A stretch of DNA of 64,000 nt. It comes from Spirochaetia bacterium (GTDB taxonomy: Bacteria > Spirochaetota > Spirochaetia > CAKZLE01). Both the position numbers and the translations under genes were made by a program. The stretch is taken from contig OY782041.1 in assembly GCA_963677595.1 (NCBI GenBank), forward strand, positions 1,440,001 through 1,504,000. Reading direction: 5' to 3'. Positions 8,998-18,142 of this stretch are shown one piece after another (positions within the stretch are counted from its first letter, which is position 1; every line of letters starts with the position of its first letter). The notes beneath the pieces were generated by a model. It was not told the origin of the DNA, ran no database searches, and saw nothing but the letters and a program-made list of their open reading frames with translations.

Positions 8998-10761
8998 TCA
9001 GTAATGCCGACCGTTCAGGACCGTGAAGTACCTAACCATCTCCTGCGATTCAGGGGGTATCACATCCTGTATCACGTTTCGGATCACATTGCTGTCCACG
9101 CTGTCAGTCTCTGCATGCTTCTGGATGGCTTCAACCAGTGAGGTCAAATCATCCTCCTCAATGAATCGCAGCAGACAGTAGTACATATTCTTTGCAGGAG
9201 TATCCCACGAGAGATGCCGCAGCCTGATCGGTATGGTATCGATGACATCCCCTTCATGGGACTTCCTTACCTCATCTACGGTAACCGCTTCATTCCTTGG
9301 CAGGTTGAATCGAACGTAGCTCTCTGTCGGCGCGTCATTCTTCTTCATCAAGGCAATCATGTTCTGCATCAGTTCGGTCTCAATCGTATAATCGGTGAGA
9401 GGAGCCTCCTGGAAAGGATCCTCAGACAAGTCATAGAGCCGGGTCCCGTAGTTCGCTGGATTGGTCTTTCCAGGTCTTGCCTTGATACGCATCGTCTGGC
9501 AGCCTTTCGTGAAATCGAAGGGAGGAGCCAACGAAATAGTCTGCAGCTCCGCAGGGCTGAACATGCAGCGCATGTGAGTAGGCATCAGGGTATAGTCATA
9601 CAGCATCTCGTCCAGGTGGTTCTTCGGGGAACGCATATAGACATACCTGCCGTCCGTGATATTCACATGTGATTCATGGTAGCCGAATAGAATATGCTCA
9701 TGGACAGGTTCATCCTGCTCGATAGTCCTGCGCAGGGATTCCCCCATCATCTCCTTAGGCTTCTCGATAGAGAAGAAATCCAGGATGGTCGCAGGGATAT
9801 CGATGGTCTGGGTCAGTTTGGCTGACCTGTCATTCTTTGCTTTGACCTGCGGGAAATGAATGAACAGCGGGGTACGGGCGATCTCCTCATAGATCGGCAT
9901 GACCGCTTTCCCCCACCATCCATGCTCACCTAACAGGTAGCCATGATCCGTGTTGACCACGAGCAGGGTATCTTCCCACATATTGTGCTGATCCATGAAA
10001 TCGAGGACCTTCCCCAGATACCGGTCACACATGGTAATGAGTGCAGCATAGGAATTCTTGATATAGTCGATCTCCTCACCCGTTTCTGTGACAAAGTAAT
10101 TCAATGGCCAATCGGATAAGTCAAGGACCTCAGCATCCAGCTCATTCTTGACATTCTCCGGGATGAAGAACGGTTCATGGGGATCGAAGGTCTCGATCTG
10201 CAGGAACCAGTTATCAGCATCAACATTCCTTTCAAGGAACTCAAGGCCCCTGGTGAAGGTGACCGCCTGCGGCATCTTTTCCAATTCATCGATATAGCTT
10301 CTGTTCGCCTGGTCATGGATATGCAGTCTTGCTGACTCCTGCATATGCGGCTCCTGCTGAAATGCTCGGATCAGTTCAGGCGTCACGATCCAGGGATCGC
10401 CCTCCTGTCCCCTTGAGGTCTCCCAGGAATTATACCGTGTATGGTAGGTACAGCCGCCATCTTCCCAGTAATGGGCATGGTCACTTACGAGATGTGTATA
10501 TACCCCGTTTGATTTCAGGATCTCGGGCATGGAATTGTCAAAAGGCTCCATCGGTCCCCAGCTTCTATGGAGGAAATTATATCTGCCGGTATGCAGTTCC
10601 CGTCTTGCAGGCATACACGGCATACTGCCAACATAATTACAGTCAAACGTCACTGCCTTCTCTGCCAACCGATTGAAGTTTGGGGTCTTTATACCTTTAC
10701 ATCCATATGGTTCAAGATACTTGCGATTTAATGAATCAAACATGACCATGATAGCTTTCAT
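8998..10761 (-). CDS. Cys-type sulfatase (formylglycine-dependent family)
   Basis: N-terminal FDSLNR, signature CMPARRELHTGR (CxPxR), DPHEP and TDHG. Confidence 0.92.
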   Translation of the reverse strand: MKAIMVMFDSLNRKYLEPYGCKGIKTPNFNRLAEKAVTFDCNYVGSMPCMPARRELHTGRYNFLHRSWGPMEPFDNSMPEILKSNGVYTHLVSDHAHYWEDGGCTYHTRYNSWETSRGQEGDPWIVTPELIRAFQQEPHMQESARLHIHDQANRSYIDELEKMPQAVTFTRGLEFLERNVDADNWFLQIETFDPHEPFFIPENVKNELDAEVLDLSDWPLNYFVTETGEEIDYIKNSYAALITMCDRYLGKVLDFMDQHNMWEDTLLVVNTDHGYLLGEHGWWGKAVMPIYEEIARTPLFIHFPQVKAKNDRSAKLTQTIDIPATILDFFSIEKPKEMMGESLRRTIEQDEPVHEHILFGYHESHVNITDGRYVYMRSPKNHLDEMLYDYTLMPTHMRCMFSPAELQTISLAPPFDFTKGCQTMRIKARPGKTNPANYGTRLYDLSEDPFQEAPLTDYTIETELMQNMIALMKKNDAPTESYVRFNLPRNEAVTVDEVRKSHEGDVIDTIPIRLRHLSWDTPAKNMYYCLLRFIEEDDLTSLVEAIQKHAETDSVDSNVIRNVIQDVIPPESQEMVRYFTVLNGRHY

Positions 10762-10866
10762 ATATGCCTCTTTATCCAATCTCTCTATATTTGTTACATC
10801 TCAGTTACGTTGGTATATTCATTAAACATCCAGTCTGCTATAATGTCCAATAACAATAACTGGTAG

Positions 10867-10889
10867 ATCGATCAGTTTTTCTTATCGGT
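10867..10889. promoter_or_regulatory. Putative LysR operator in the sulfatase/lysR divergent promoter
   Basis: ATCGATCAGTTTTTCTTATCGGT contains a T-N11-A dyad; a 21/23-identical copy lies at 12524. Confidence 0.65.
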
Positions 10890-10913
10890 AATATGTAAGA
10901 TAGGAGATATATC

Positions 10914-11819
10914 ATGATCCACAGATACCTGGAACAGTTCAAAGCCATCGCTGAGACCAATTCGATGCGTCAGGCTTCCGAAGCTCTACACGTCTCACAG
11001 CCGGCTCTCTCCCGGAGTATAAAGATCCTTGAGGATCTCATGGACACACAACTCTTCACACGGAAGAATAAAGGCATCGAACTCAATGAATACGGCAAGA
11101 TCCTGTATCAGCAGGTTTGTTCCATGGATAAGGACTTCATGTATGCCGTCAATGAGATCGAGTTCAAGAAGAGAAACAAGGCAAGGGAACTGAAACTTGG
11201 GGCGGGGTTCGTTTGGCAATACTCGATCTTCCCTGAAGTGTTCAGCAGATACAATGACAGTTTCCCGGACGTGAACATATCCCTGGTCACCGGGTATTCA
11301 CAGAGATTGTACAAGCAGTTCCTTGAAGGGGAATTTGATATCATATTCTGCGATCTGGATCCCCTGGAGCAGATCAAGGGGGTAGTATTCAAACATATGT
11401 TTGATGTCCATTTCTCCTTCTTCGCGGCAGAATCCCACCCCATTTTCACAGAGCCGTCGATAACAAAAGACGATCTGCCGTCGTATGATCTCGCAATGTT
11501 CTCTCACAGTAATCGGGCCGATATCGGGGCAACACAGCATATGAGTGCGAACCTGCTGAAACATATCAAATTCACCAGCGGTTCAATATACAACTTACTG
11601 GCAGTGGTCAGCACCACGCATTATATCACTACCCTTCCCCTGGAGATCACCGCCTATGCCGCGCAGTTCGGCATCAGGGAGATCAACCCTGAGTTCAGGA
11701 TAAACCCATTCCCCAGCGGTGTCATATACCGGGAGAACTCGATCATCCAGGACCATATTCATGGGTTCCTGGACCTGACTCAGCAGCAGGTAGATACACT
11801 GCAGATGGGGATCCTATAA
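10914..11819 (+). CDS. LysR-family transcriptional regulator
   Basis: HTH ASEALHVSQPALSRSIKILE…LFTR; 301 aa; AGGAG RBS. Confidence 0.93.
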   Translation: MIHRYLEQFKAIAETNSMRQASEALHVSQPALSRSIKILEDLMDTQLFTRKNKGIELNEYGKILYQQVCSMDKDFMYAVNEIEFKKRNKARELKLGAGFVWQYSIFPEVFSRYNDSFPDVNISLVTGYSQRLYKQFLEGEFDIIFCDLDPLEQIKGVVFKHMFDVHFSFFAAESHPIFTEPSITKDDLPSYDLAMFSHSNRADIGATQHMSANLLKHIKFTSGSIYNLLAVVSTTHYITTLPLEITAYAAQFGIREINPEFRINPFPSGVIYRENSIIQDHIHGFLDLTQQQVDTLQMGIL

Positions 11820-11839
11820 TCATGGTGTAGAAATACTTC

Positions 11840-12334
11840 TTATCGACTTTTTGAAGTATATATGCGGATGATGCCCATACTGTTCACAAGCAGGCTCAAG
11901 GAGTCATTGAGGATCGCACCATAACTCCTCAGGCTGATATTGACCAGCAGCCACATGAGGGTGCACAACCCCAGGAGGACCCTCATCCTGACCCCTTTCT
12001 GGCAGAATAATGCATACCCGCTCAGCAGGCTCCCAAACATAGGAAATATGTCAGTACGAGTGGAGAATAACACTATCCCGATGGTGATCTGTACAAGGGC
12101 AAACGGCAGGAACCAGGGGAATCCATGTTTCCTTGCAGCAATCTGGTTCCTGATACTGTTGAATGCGAGGTTCACTCCTGCCACATAGGAGGCAAGCAGC
12201 ACATAGTGGACTGATAACAGTCCGGCAGAAATAGCGATACACAATTTCAGAGTCGTATCTTTCTTGTTCAGATATCCGTATGTGGTAACAAAGAAAGCAC
12301 AGAACCCCAGTGTCTTTGCTATATAGACTTCCAT
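11840..12334 (-). CDS. YgjV-family inner membrane protein
   Basis: 164 aa, multi-TM; patterns HYVLL…IRN and …MR…WL..N…SYG. Confidence 0.75.
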   Translation of the reverse strand: MEVYIAKTLGFCAFFVTTYGYLNKKDTTLKLCIAISAGLLSVHYVLLASYVAGVNLAFNSIRNQIAARKHGFPWFLPFALVQITIGIVLFSTRTDIFPMFGSLLSGYALFCQKGVRMRVLLGLCTLMWLLVNISLRSYGAILNDSLSLLVNSMGIIRIYTSKSR

Positions 12335-12523
12335 CGACTTTCCTTGCAGCTTTCAAGCACCATGAAAAGGTCAGTTCCTAACCCAGCAAGTGGATTAGGA
12401 ACCTCTCATCATTCGCAATCTTCTTTTTTTGTGTGTAAGTAAAAATATGAAGACTTTGAGAACTTTTGATTATCTACAGTACATACCAGCAGCCTTGATA
12501 AATCCAATATAATTTTCTTTGAA

Positions 12524-12546
12524 ATCGATCAGTATTTCTTATCGAT
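12524..12546. promoter_or_regulatory. Second copy of the putative LysR operator, upstream of the ygjV-like gene
   Basis: ATCGATCAGTATTTCTTATCGAT (ATCGAT-N11-ATCGAT dyad). Confidence 0.65.
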
Positions 12547-12691
12547 CCTGTTGAGATCATAAGTTCACATATCTCGAGGAGGATAATCGCATAAAAGCCA
12601 CAGGCAGACAGCCTTATGGGGTTATGGCGGGGATATAAGAAGAGGAATACCTGTTTGGGGGATCTTCACGGAAGCTGGTTCGCTTCTTTAG

Positions 12692-12715
12692 CCGGTTCCC
12701 TTTCCCGGGAACCGG
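12692..12715 (-). terminator. Hairpin ending the SQ isomerase-SQase-DUF4867 operon
   Basis: CCGGTTCCC / GGGAACCGG stem. Confidence 0.6.
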
Positions 12716-12759
12716 GGTTTGTGGTATCTATGGTAAAAGACAGGGGCGAAAAAGCCTAT

Positions 12760-13410
12760 TCAGCAAATCTCCAACCGGCAGTTCTCACCATACACCCCGA
12801 TATGCGCACCCTTCTTTGCAGCAGGCCCTTCTGCATGGGCAAGCATCCACTTGTTCTTCATCCAGAGCTTGCCGTCAGGACCCCCGTCAAGCGGGGTGTT
12901 CGTCCCTGCTGGCAGGATGATGACCGCCGTGAACTGCTTCTCATCAACCCGGCAGGGAGCGAGATGGAGTGTGGTGGAATAGAGCTCTGCAATGGTCCCT
13001 TTCGGGAGGTAGACGTATTCGGTCAGCGCAGAGTCCCAGCCCTGCTCCGGATCGACGTCCTGCAGCTGCCCGAGCATCAGCACCAGGTCTGTCGCGGCAC
13101 CGATCACCTCACTGGACTTATGGTATTCCATCCCGTTGAGCAGGGTGTTGTACCCAAAACAGCAGCCTGCCTCCACGGGGATCTCCCCGAAGACATGCCT
13201 GCTGATCTCCCTGACCACCCCGAACCCTTCGAGTTGGTCGTTCGAGGCCTCGTAACCGGTAGCCCCTTCCTCAGCATGGAAGATACGGCATGCATGATCG
13301 AGCAGCTCTCCCGCATCAAGCGAGAGGATCTCGCCATACTCACGGAACTTCCGATCATGGACATCGAGGATCTCTTTTGTGGGGTTGCCTGCCCGTAATC
13401 GTGCTAGCAT
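12760..13410 (-). CDS. sqvB: DUF4867 family protein (SqvB/SftX-like accessory protein of sulfoglycolysis loci)
   Basis: Motifs GCCFGYN..LNGMEYHKSSE, ELYSTTLHLAPC, LPAGTN and NKWMLAH; immediately downstream of the SQase. Confidence 0.8.
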   Translation of the reverse strand: MLARLRAGNPTKEILDVHDRKFREYGEILSLDAGELLDHACRIFHAEEGATGYEASNDQLEGFGVVREISRHVFGEIPVEAGCCFGYNTLLNGMEYHKSSEVIGAATDLVLMLGQLQDVDPEQGWDSALTEYVYLPKGTIAELYSTTLHLAPCRVDEKQFTAVIILPAGTNTPLDGGPDGKLWMKNKWMLAHAEGPAAKKGAHIGVYGENCRLEIC

Positions 13411-15407
13411 GAGCGCAGTCCCTCGAACACTGACGTGAAATCTGACCCCTTCCTGAAGAAGACCGGCGGTTCCCCATAGGGAGCGGGGACCGTGACGGTC
13501 ACCCCTCCCTCGAACTCATCACCTGACCAGAGGTGTACCCACCTTCCCTTAGGGAGCCGGGCATTCATGAGCTTCCGCTTCTTGTAGATGACCGGTGCTA
13601 CCAGGAGGTCTCGCCCGTACAGGTACTGATACGGCCACTTCTCAAGTTCCTTCCGCTCCTGCGGGTATTCCAGGTGCACCATCCTCATCGGCGGGATCCC
13701 GGTCTCCTGGTACTCCTCGGCCAGCGCCATATGGTAGGGCTTCAGGGCGGCATAGACCCTGGTCATCCGTCCGACCTGCCCAAGGACCTCATCGTCACTG
13801 TCGAACTGCACGTTGTTCTGGGGCCGGTTCCCCTCGTGGGAACGCATGATCTGGGTGAATGCCGCATACTCGGCCCACCGGATCAGCAGTTCCTTGGAAC
13901 GCTTCTTGCTCCCGAGGGTCGTGTACCCGCCGACATCGGAGTGGACATAGCCTACCCCGGCGACCCCCATCATGAGGGATGCATTGATCGCCGAGGGGAA
14001 CCCGTCCTCCTTCGTCCAGTCGACGAGCTGGTCACCGGTCCAGAACGAGGACATATACTTGATCGCCTTCGATGAGGTAGACCGCATGAAGAAGATCACC
14101 TCATCCTCCATACCTGCCTCCTGGATCGCCTCATGGTTGATCCTGGCCCAGTCCTCGGGGTACCGGTTATGGTAGGTCATCGGGCTCTCCCCGGAAGACA
14201 GCGTGCTGTCCGACGGGATATACTCCCCGAAATCTGCCATCCAGCCGGAGATCCCCTGCTCGATCAGGTTCTTCTTGATGATCCCCTTCAGCCATTCACA
14301 GGCCTCGGGATTGGTGAAGTCGACGAGCATCGCCGGGTCGAAGGGGACATAGACCGGGTAGTTCTCCCCCTCCCGGTTCTTGATCAGGTACCCCTTCCGG
14401 TCTGCCTCATCGAACATCTCGCTCCCCGGTGTGAGGAAGGTATTCGTGTAGGCAAGGAACCTGACGCCCTTCTTGCGCAGTTCCTTGATGTACTGGGGAA
14501 GGTCCGGATAGAGTTTCTGGTCGTACTCCCAGCACCACCGCAGCTGCTTACCGAACGAGGTCATCCTGATCCCTTCCCAGTCCTGGCACCAGATAGCCCC
14601 AATCCTGAAGTCATGCTTCAGGGCTTTGCCGACCTTCTCCTCAGCGATGGCCTTCCCGCCCTGCATGCCGATCCACATACCGTCATAGACCCAGTGGGGC
14701 AGCCTCGGCTGCCGTCCTATCAGGTCAGAGAGGTGGGTCAGGGCTTTTTTCATCGTCCCTGCTATCCCTATATGGATGACCTGGGGGATCTCCCAGCAGT
14801 AGAAGGTGTTCTTCTCCTGCTGTGTCAGGTTCAACCGGCCGAAGGCACTGGTCTCGGCATAGAAATAGAGGCCGGCTGACGTGATCCACGCCGGCTGGGC
14901 AAAGTTCGTGTTATACCACTTCGGCAGGTGGCCTGTCTTCGCGGCGACACTGAGTGTGAAGAGGTCGAGGCGTCTTCCCACCCCGGGTTCCGAGATCCAT
15001 AAGGGGGCGTTGCTGCCCCTGAGGTTCTGCCGGTCGAAGAGTTCCCCCCCGCCGTAGACTCCCTCATCGGTAAGGGCCCCGAGGTGGAGCCGGTACCGGT
15101 TGTACTGGAGGTCGAGCAGCCAGCTTCTCACCAGTACCTGGTTCCCGTCCTCCTGCTCCTCGAGGACCACATGGAGCATGCCGGGGAAGGAGATCTCCAT
15201 CTTCTTCTCCGACTCGATCTTTATCCTGGCCTTCGGCATGGCAGCCCATGCGACCTTGTTCTCCTTGACCTTGAAGACGCCGGAATGGGACTCTACCCTG
15301 GATACCCCGATCCCGACCTGAAAACAGGGGTGCTCCGACGTATGGTGAAGGATCTCCCTCTCCCCTATCGAGAGGCTGAACCCCTTATCGATCTCTCTGC
15401 ACTGCAT
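13404..15407 (-). CDS. yihQ: GH31 sulfoquinovosidase
   Basis: YihQ-like segments QDWEGIRMTSFGKQLRW, nucleophile GWMADFGEY, acid/base WTGDQLVDW, HSDVGGYTTL and MRSHEGNRP. Confidence 0.9.
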   Translation of the reverse strand: MQCREIDKGFSLSIGEREILHHTSEHPCFQVGIGVSRVESHSGVFKVKENKVAWAAMPKARIKIESEKKMEISFPGMLHVVLEEQEDGNQVLVRSWLLDLQYNRYRLHLGALTDEGVYGGGELFDRQNLRGSNAPLWISEPGVGRRLDLFTLSVAAKTGHLPKWYNTNFAQPAWITSAGLYFYAETSAFGRLNLTQQEKNTFYCWEIPQVIHIGIAGTMKKALTHLSDLIGRQPRLPHWVYDGMWIGMQGGKAIAEEKVGKALKHDFRIGAIWCQDWEGIRMTSFGKQLRWCWEYDQKLYPDLPQYIKELRKKGVRFLAYTNTFLTPGSEMFDEADRKGYLIKNREGENYPVYVPFDPAMLVDFTNPEACEWLKGIIKKNLIEQGISGWMADFGEYIPSDSTLSSGESPMTYHNRYPEDWARINHEAIQEAGMEDEVIFFMRSTSSKAIKYMSSFWTGDQLVDWTKEDGFPSAINASLMMGVAGVGYVHSDVGGYTTLGSKKRSKELLIRWAEYAAFTQIMRSHEGNRPQNNVQFDSDDEVLGQVGRMTRVYAALKPYHMALAEEYQETGIPPMRMVHLEYPQERKELEKWPYQYLYGRDLLVAPVIYKKRKLMNARLPKGRWVHLWSGDEFEGGVTVTVPAPYGEPPVFFRKGSDFTSVFEGLRSC

Positions 15408-16724
15408 CTACTCGATGACCTCCCAGCCTTTGATCTTAGCCAGTAACCTGAACGGCCTGACGTAATCACCATAGACGACTGACGCATGGTGGGCAATACC
15501 CTTGTCGACCACCGTCTGCAGGACATCCTTCACATGCCTGGTGAAGCGTGCCTTCATATAGGTTCCCCGCAGCTCCTTCTCCATCGGGATCACCGTCCCC
15601 TGGGCAAGGAATACCCGGTAGTCGGTACCGGCAGAGTCGAGCCTGAGGACGGATACGTCCCCATCCTTGAGGACGAAGTCAGCCGTGACTCCCTTCCCGC
15701 CGGCGAAGTAGGTCGAGAGCGACCGTGTGCATCGCCCGTCCCACAGGTTGCAGGGAGCGACACCGCAGTGCCAGAGCAGGGCGGAATCCTCCTCGAAATC
15801 GACCTGGGAGAAATCGAAGAGGTAGGGAGTCTCAGCCCCGACCGCCTGGTGGGCGATCATGGAGAGCGCCCCTTCGATGTCCCCTTCGCAGGAGAGGATC
15901 CTCCCCTCGCTCTGGAGGATGGACATCGCGGCACAGGGGGAGATCCCGAACTCAGCGGCGAACTCCGGCCAGCAGCGTACGGCCATGGCTGTTACCCCAT
16001 GCTCATCCATGAAGCCGTTGAGCTTCGCCGTGAGTTCCGCTACCCGTGTCACCTGGTAGTCATTGAGCTCGCTGACATCGAAGATCTTCTTCACCTGGGC
16101 GAGCCGCTCCTGCAGCTGCTCATCGGTGATCTTGTAGTCCCAGACCTGCCCGAGCTCGAAGTGGTTGATGAGGATCCCCATCTGTTCATAGACGTTGAGG
16201 TCATAGACCCCAAGGTTGAAGAACCCCTTTGCCCGATAACCGAGGACACCGAGGCTGGTGTTCCTGAAGGCGGCATCGACCCTGATCGCGTCGACCCACT
16301 CCTCATCTATCGTCTCACCGACATTCACTGTGTAGGTCCTGATCCCGCTCTTGTAGAGGTTCGAGGCATTGAGGTTGACCCCGCAGACCGAGTTGAGCCT
16401 GATCTTGCCGCCGTTATAGGGGAGCTCGGGCAGTCCCCACAGGAGCAGTGGCGCATGGAGCACCTTGTCGAGCTCAAGCACCAGGTGCCCGAGGTGGAAT
16501 GTGCCGCTGATGACCACCAAGCCGTCTATCTGCTGCCCAGCCAGGTACCGGGCTGCCGCCTTTGCCTCATCAACCTCTATGACGAGGCTCTCCACGGCAC
16601 AGACCTCGACAGCCTCTACCTCCCTGATCGAGTGTAGTATCTCTGTATAGAGTTCGCCTGCCGCCTCGAAATCGAAGGTGGTCCTTGCCAGGCAGACAAC
16701 TCCTAATCGTACGTTCGCTTTCAT
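15408..16724 (-). CDS. sqvD: L-fucose/L-arabinose-isomerase-family protein, probable sulfoquinovose isomerase (SqvD/SftI)
   Basis: Motifs RLNSVCG, RCWPEF, CEGDIEG, WHCG and HH near the C-terminus; first gene after a ROK operator and directly before the SQase. Confidence 0.8.
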   Translation of the reverse strand: MKANVRLGVVCLARTTFDFEAAGELYTEILHSIREVEAVEVCAVESLVIEVDEAKAAARYLAGQQIDGLVVISGTFHLGHLVLELDKVLHAPLLLWGLPELPYNGGKIRLNSVCGVNLNASNLYKSGIRTYTVNVGETIDEEWVDAIRVDAAFRNTSLGVLGYRAKGFFNLGVYDLNVYEQMGILINHFELGQVWDYKITDEQLQERLAQVKKIFDVSELNDYQVTRVAELTAKLNGFMDEHGVTAMAVRCWPEFAAEFGISPCAAMSILQSEGRILSCEGDIEGALSMIAHQAVGAETPYLFDFSQVDFEEDSALLWHCGVAPCNLWDGRCTRSLSTYFAGGKGVTADFVLKDGDVSVLRLDSAGTDYRVFLAQGTVIPMEKELRGTYMKARFTRHVKDVLQTVVDKGIAHHASVVYGDYVRPFRLLAKIKGWEVIE

Positions 16725-16747
16725 GGATCCATACTCCTGCTTTTTAT

Positions 16748-16792
16748 TTAGTTTCACTAAGTAAGTAAAACATGGAACCATGGTTATGTCAA
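16748..16792 (-). promoter_or_regulatory. Sigma70-type promoter overlapped by ROK operator 1
   Basis: Minus strand reads TTGACA-17 nt-TTTACT with extended TG; operator TTAGTTTC-ACTAA-GTAAGTAA at 16748-16768. Confidence 0.7.
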
Positions 16793-16820
16793 TCTAAATC
16801 AGGTGATTAATCCCATGAAA

Positions 16821-17003
16821 TCATAATGAGTCATAGACAGCATCCTCGTCGTTATCCCAGACTTGTGCAAAGGATGCTTCCGAAGCTTGCGCCCATTCCT
16901 GGTCTCTTGATCGGATGAAATCGATGAAATCATTGATCTCTGAAAGGTTTTCAGGGGAAACCTGTTCCAATTTCCTGATCACATCTTCTACTCGTATTTG
17001 CAT
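16821..17003 (-). CDS. DUF2281-like small antitoxin-type protein (orphan)
   Basis: EI.DFIDF and C-terminal SFAQVWDNDEDAVYD pattern; GGAGG RBS. Confidence 0.65.
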   Translation of the reverse strand: MQIRVEDVIRKLEQVSPENLSEINDFIDFIRSRDQEWAQASEASFAQVWDNDEDAVYDSL

Positions 17004-17030
17004 ATATCCTCCCCATGCCAGGCAGGCCTA

Positions 17031-18137
17031 TCACAAGCCCCCTGCCGATTCCAGGGCCGCGACCGATGCAGCCAGCGAGCGGATCCCGTCTTCCACGGTC
17101 GCGGTCACCGGTTCCCCGGCTGCGATAGCCCTGCAGAACTCCTTCACCATCTCCCGTATGTTGAACGGCTCGGTCGCCTCCTCCCCGTAGGTGGTCACCT
17201 CCGCATCCTTCGGCCCATCCCCCGGCTTCCCGACGGAGACGATCCCGAGGTAGTCAGTAGCCCCGTTATCGAGGGAGGAGTAGACTTCCTCCTTCAGCCC
17301 CGCCCATGCGGTGCCGTCAGCCCCATGGATGGTCAGCTGGAGGCTGAAATCGAAGCCGGTGAGGGCATGGGAGACCTGGAAGATCCCCCCATCCTCGTAC
17401 CGCCCCTGAATGTAGGCGACATCCTCGAAGTCGAAGTCGTCATGGACCCCGGAGGCCGTCACGCAGTGTATAGTGCCGATCTCCTTCGAGGTGATGAAAC
17501 GGGCCAGGTCGAACCAGTGGCAGGTCTCCTCGATGATGAGGCCTCCTGAGAACTCCCGCTGCTGGATCCAATGGTTCCATTTATCACGCCTGAAGGGGGT
17601 CCTGAAGTGGTAGAGGGAGAAGGCCTCAACCCTGCCTATCCTGCCTGAGTCGACGATCTGTTTCAGCTGCTGTACTACCGGGTTCATCCGGAACTCATAG
17701 CCGATGCAGACCTGCTTCCCATAGGCTTCCGCCAGCCTCCCGATCTCGTGTGCATCCTCCATGGTGATGGCGACCGGCTTCTCAAGCATGATGTGCTTGC
17801 CTGATTCCATGACCCGTCTCAAGTGCCCTGCATGGAGGTAATCAGGCGTGCAGATGCTCACAATGTCAATCTCCGGGTCTTCCAGGATCGAATCCATGGA
17901 ATCTGTCGTTCTTACCCCTATATCCTCCCATCGCCTGCCAAGCAGTTCTTCCTTGAACAGGGGCTTGAGGCAGAGCATGCTCCCCTGCTCGAAGGTTCCC
18001 CCTACCGAGGCAAGGCGCCCCGGTATGAGGTCACAGACTGCTGCAAGCTCTGCGTATTCACTCTCCAGGTAGCCCGCGACATGGGCCATCCCGATCCCCA
18101 GGCCGATCACTGCGGCTTTTTTCTTCTCTATACTCAT
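17031..18137 (-). CDS. Gfo/Idh/MocA-family NAD(P)-dependent oxidoreductase
   Basis: GLGIG Rossmann motif, CTPDYLH, EKP and GGLIIEETCHWFD. Confidence 0.9.
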   Translation of the reverse strand: MSIEKKKAAVIGLGIGMAHVAGYLESEYAELAAVCDLIPGRLASVGGTFEQGSMLCLKPLFKEELLGRRWEDIGVRTTDSMDSILEDPEIDIVSICTPDYLHAGHLRRVMESGKHIMLEKPVAITMEDAHEIGRLAEAYGKQVCIGYEFRMNPVVQQLKQIVDSGRIGRVEAFSLYHFRTPFRRDKWNHWIQQREFSGGLIIEETCHWFDLARFITSKEIGTIHCVTASGVHDDFDFEDVAYIQGRYEDGGIFQVSHALTGFDFSLQLTIHGADGTAWAGLKEEVYSSLDNGATDYLGIVSVGKPGDGPKDAEVTTYGEEATEPFNIREMVKEFCRAIAAGEPVTATVEDGIRSLAASVAALESAGGL

Positions 18138-18142
18138 AGTTA

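Noticed and set aside
12374-12402. Riboswitch in the ygjV leader
   Set aside because: Only a 12-bp hairpin; no known aptamer consensus
15486-16637. Long antisense ORFs (also 22544-23581, 33710-34657, 43402-44325, 62432-63502, 28407-29123, 14133-14879)
   Set aside because: They lie opposite well-supported genes, have no recognisable motifs, and are expected shadows of GC-rich codon usage
17031-18137. Firm call as an NAD+-dependent sulfoquinovosidase (GH188)
   Set aside because: The fold is compatible, but I cannot verify the diagnostic residues by eye, and a GH31 SQase is already present
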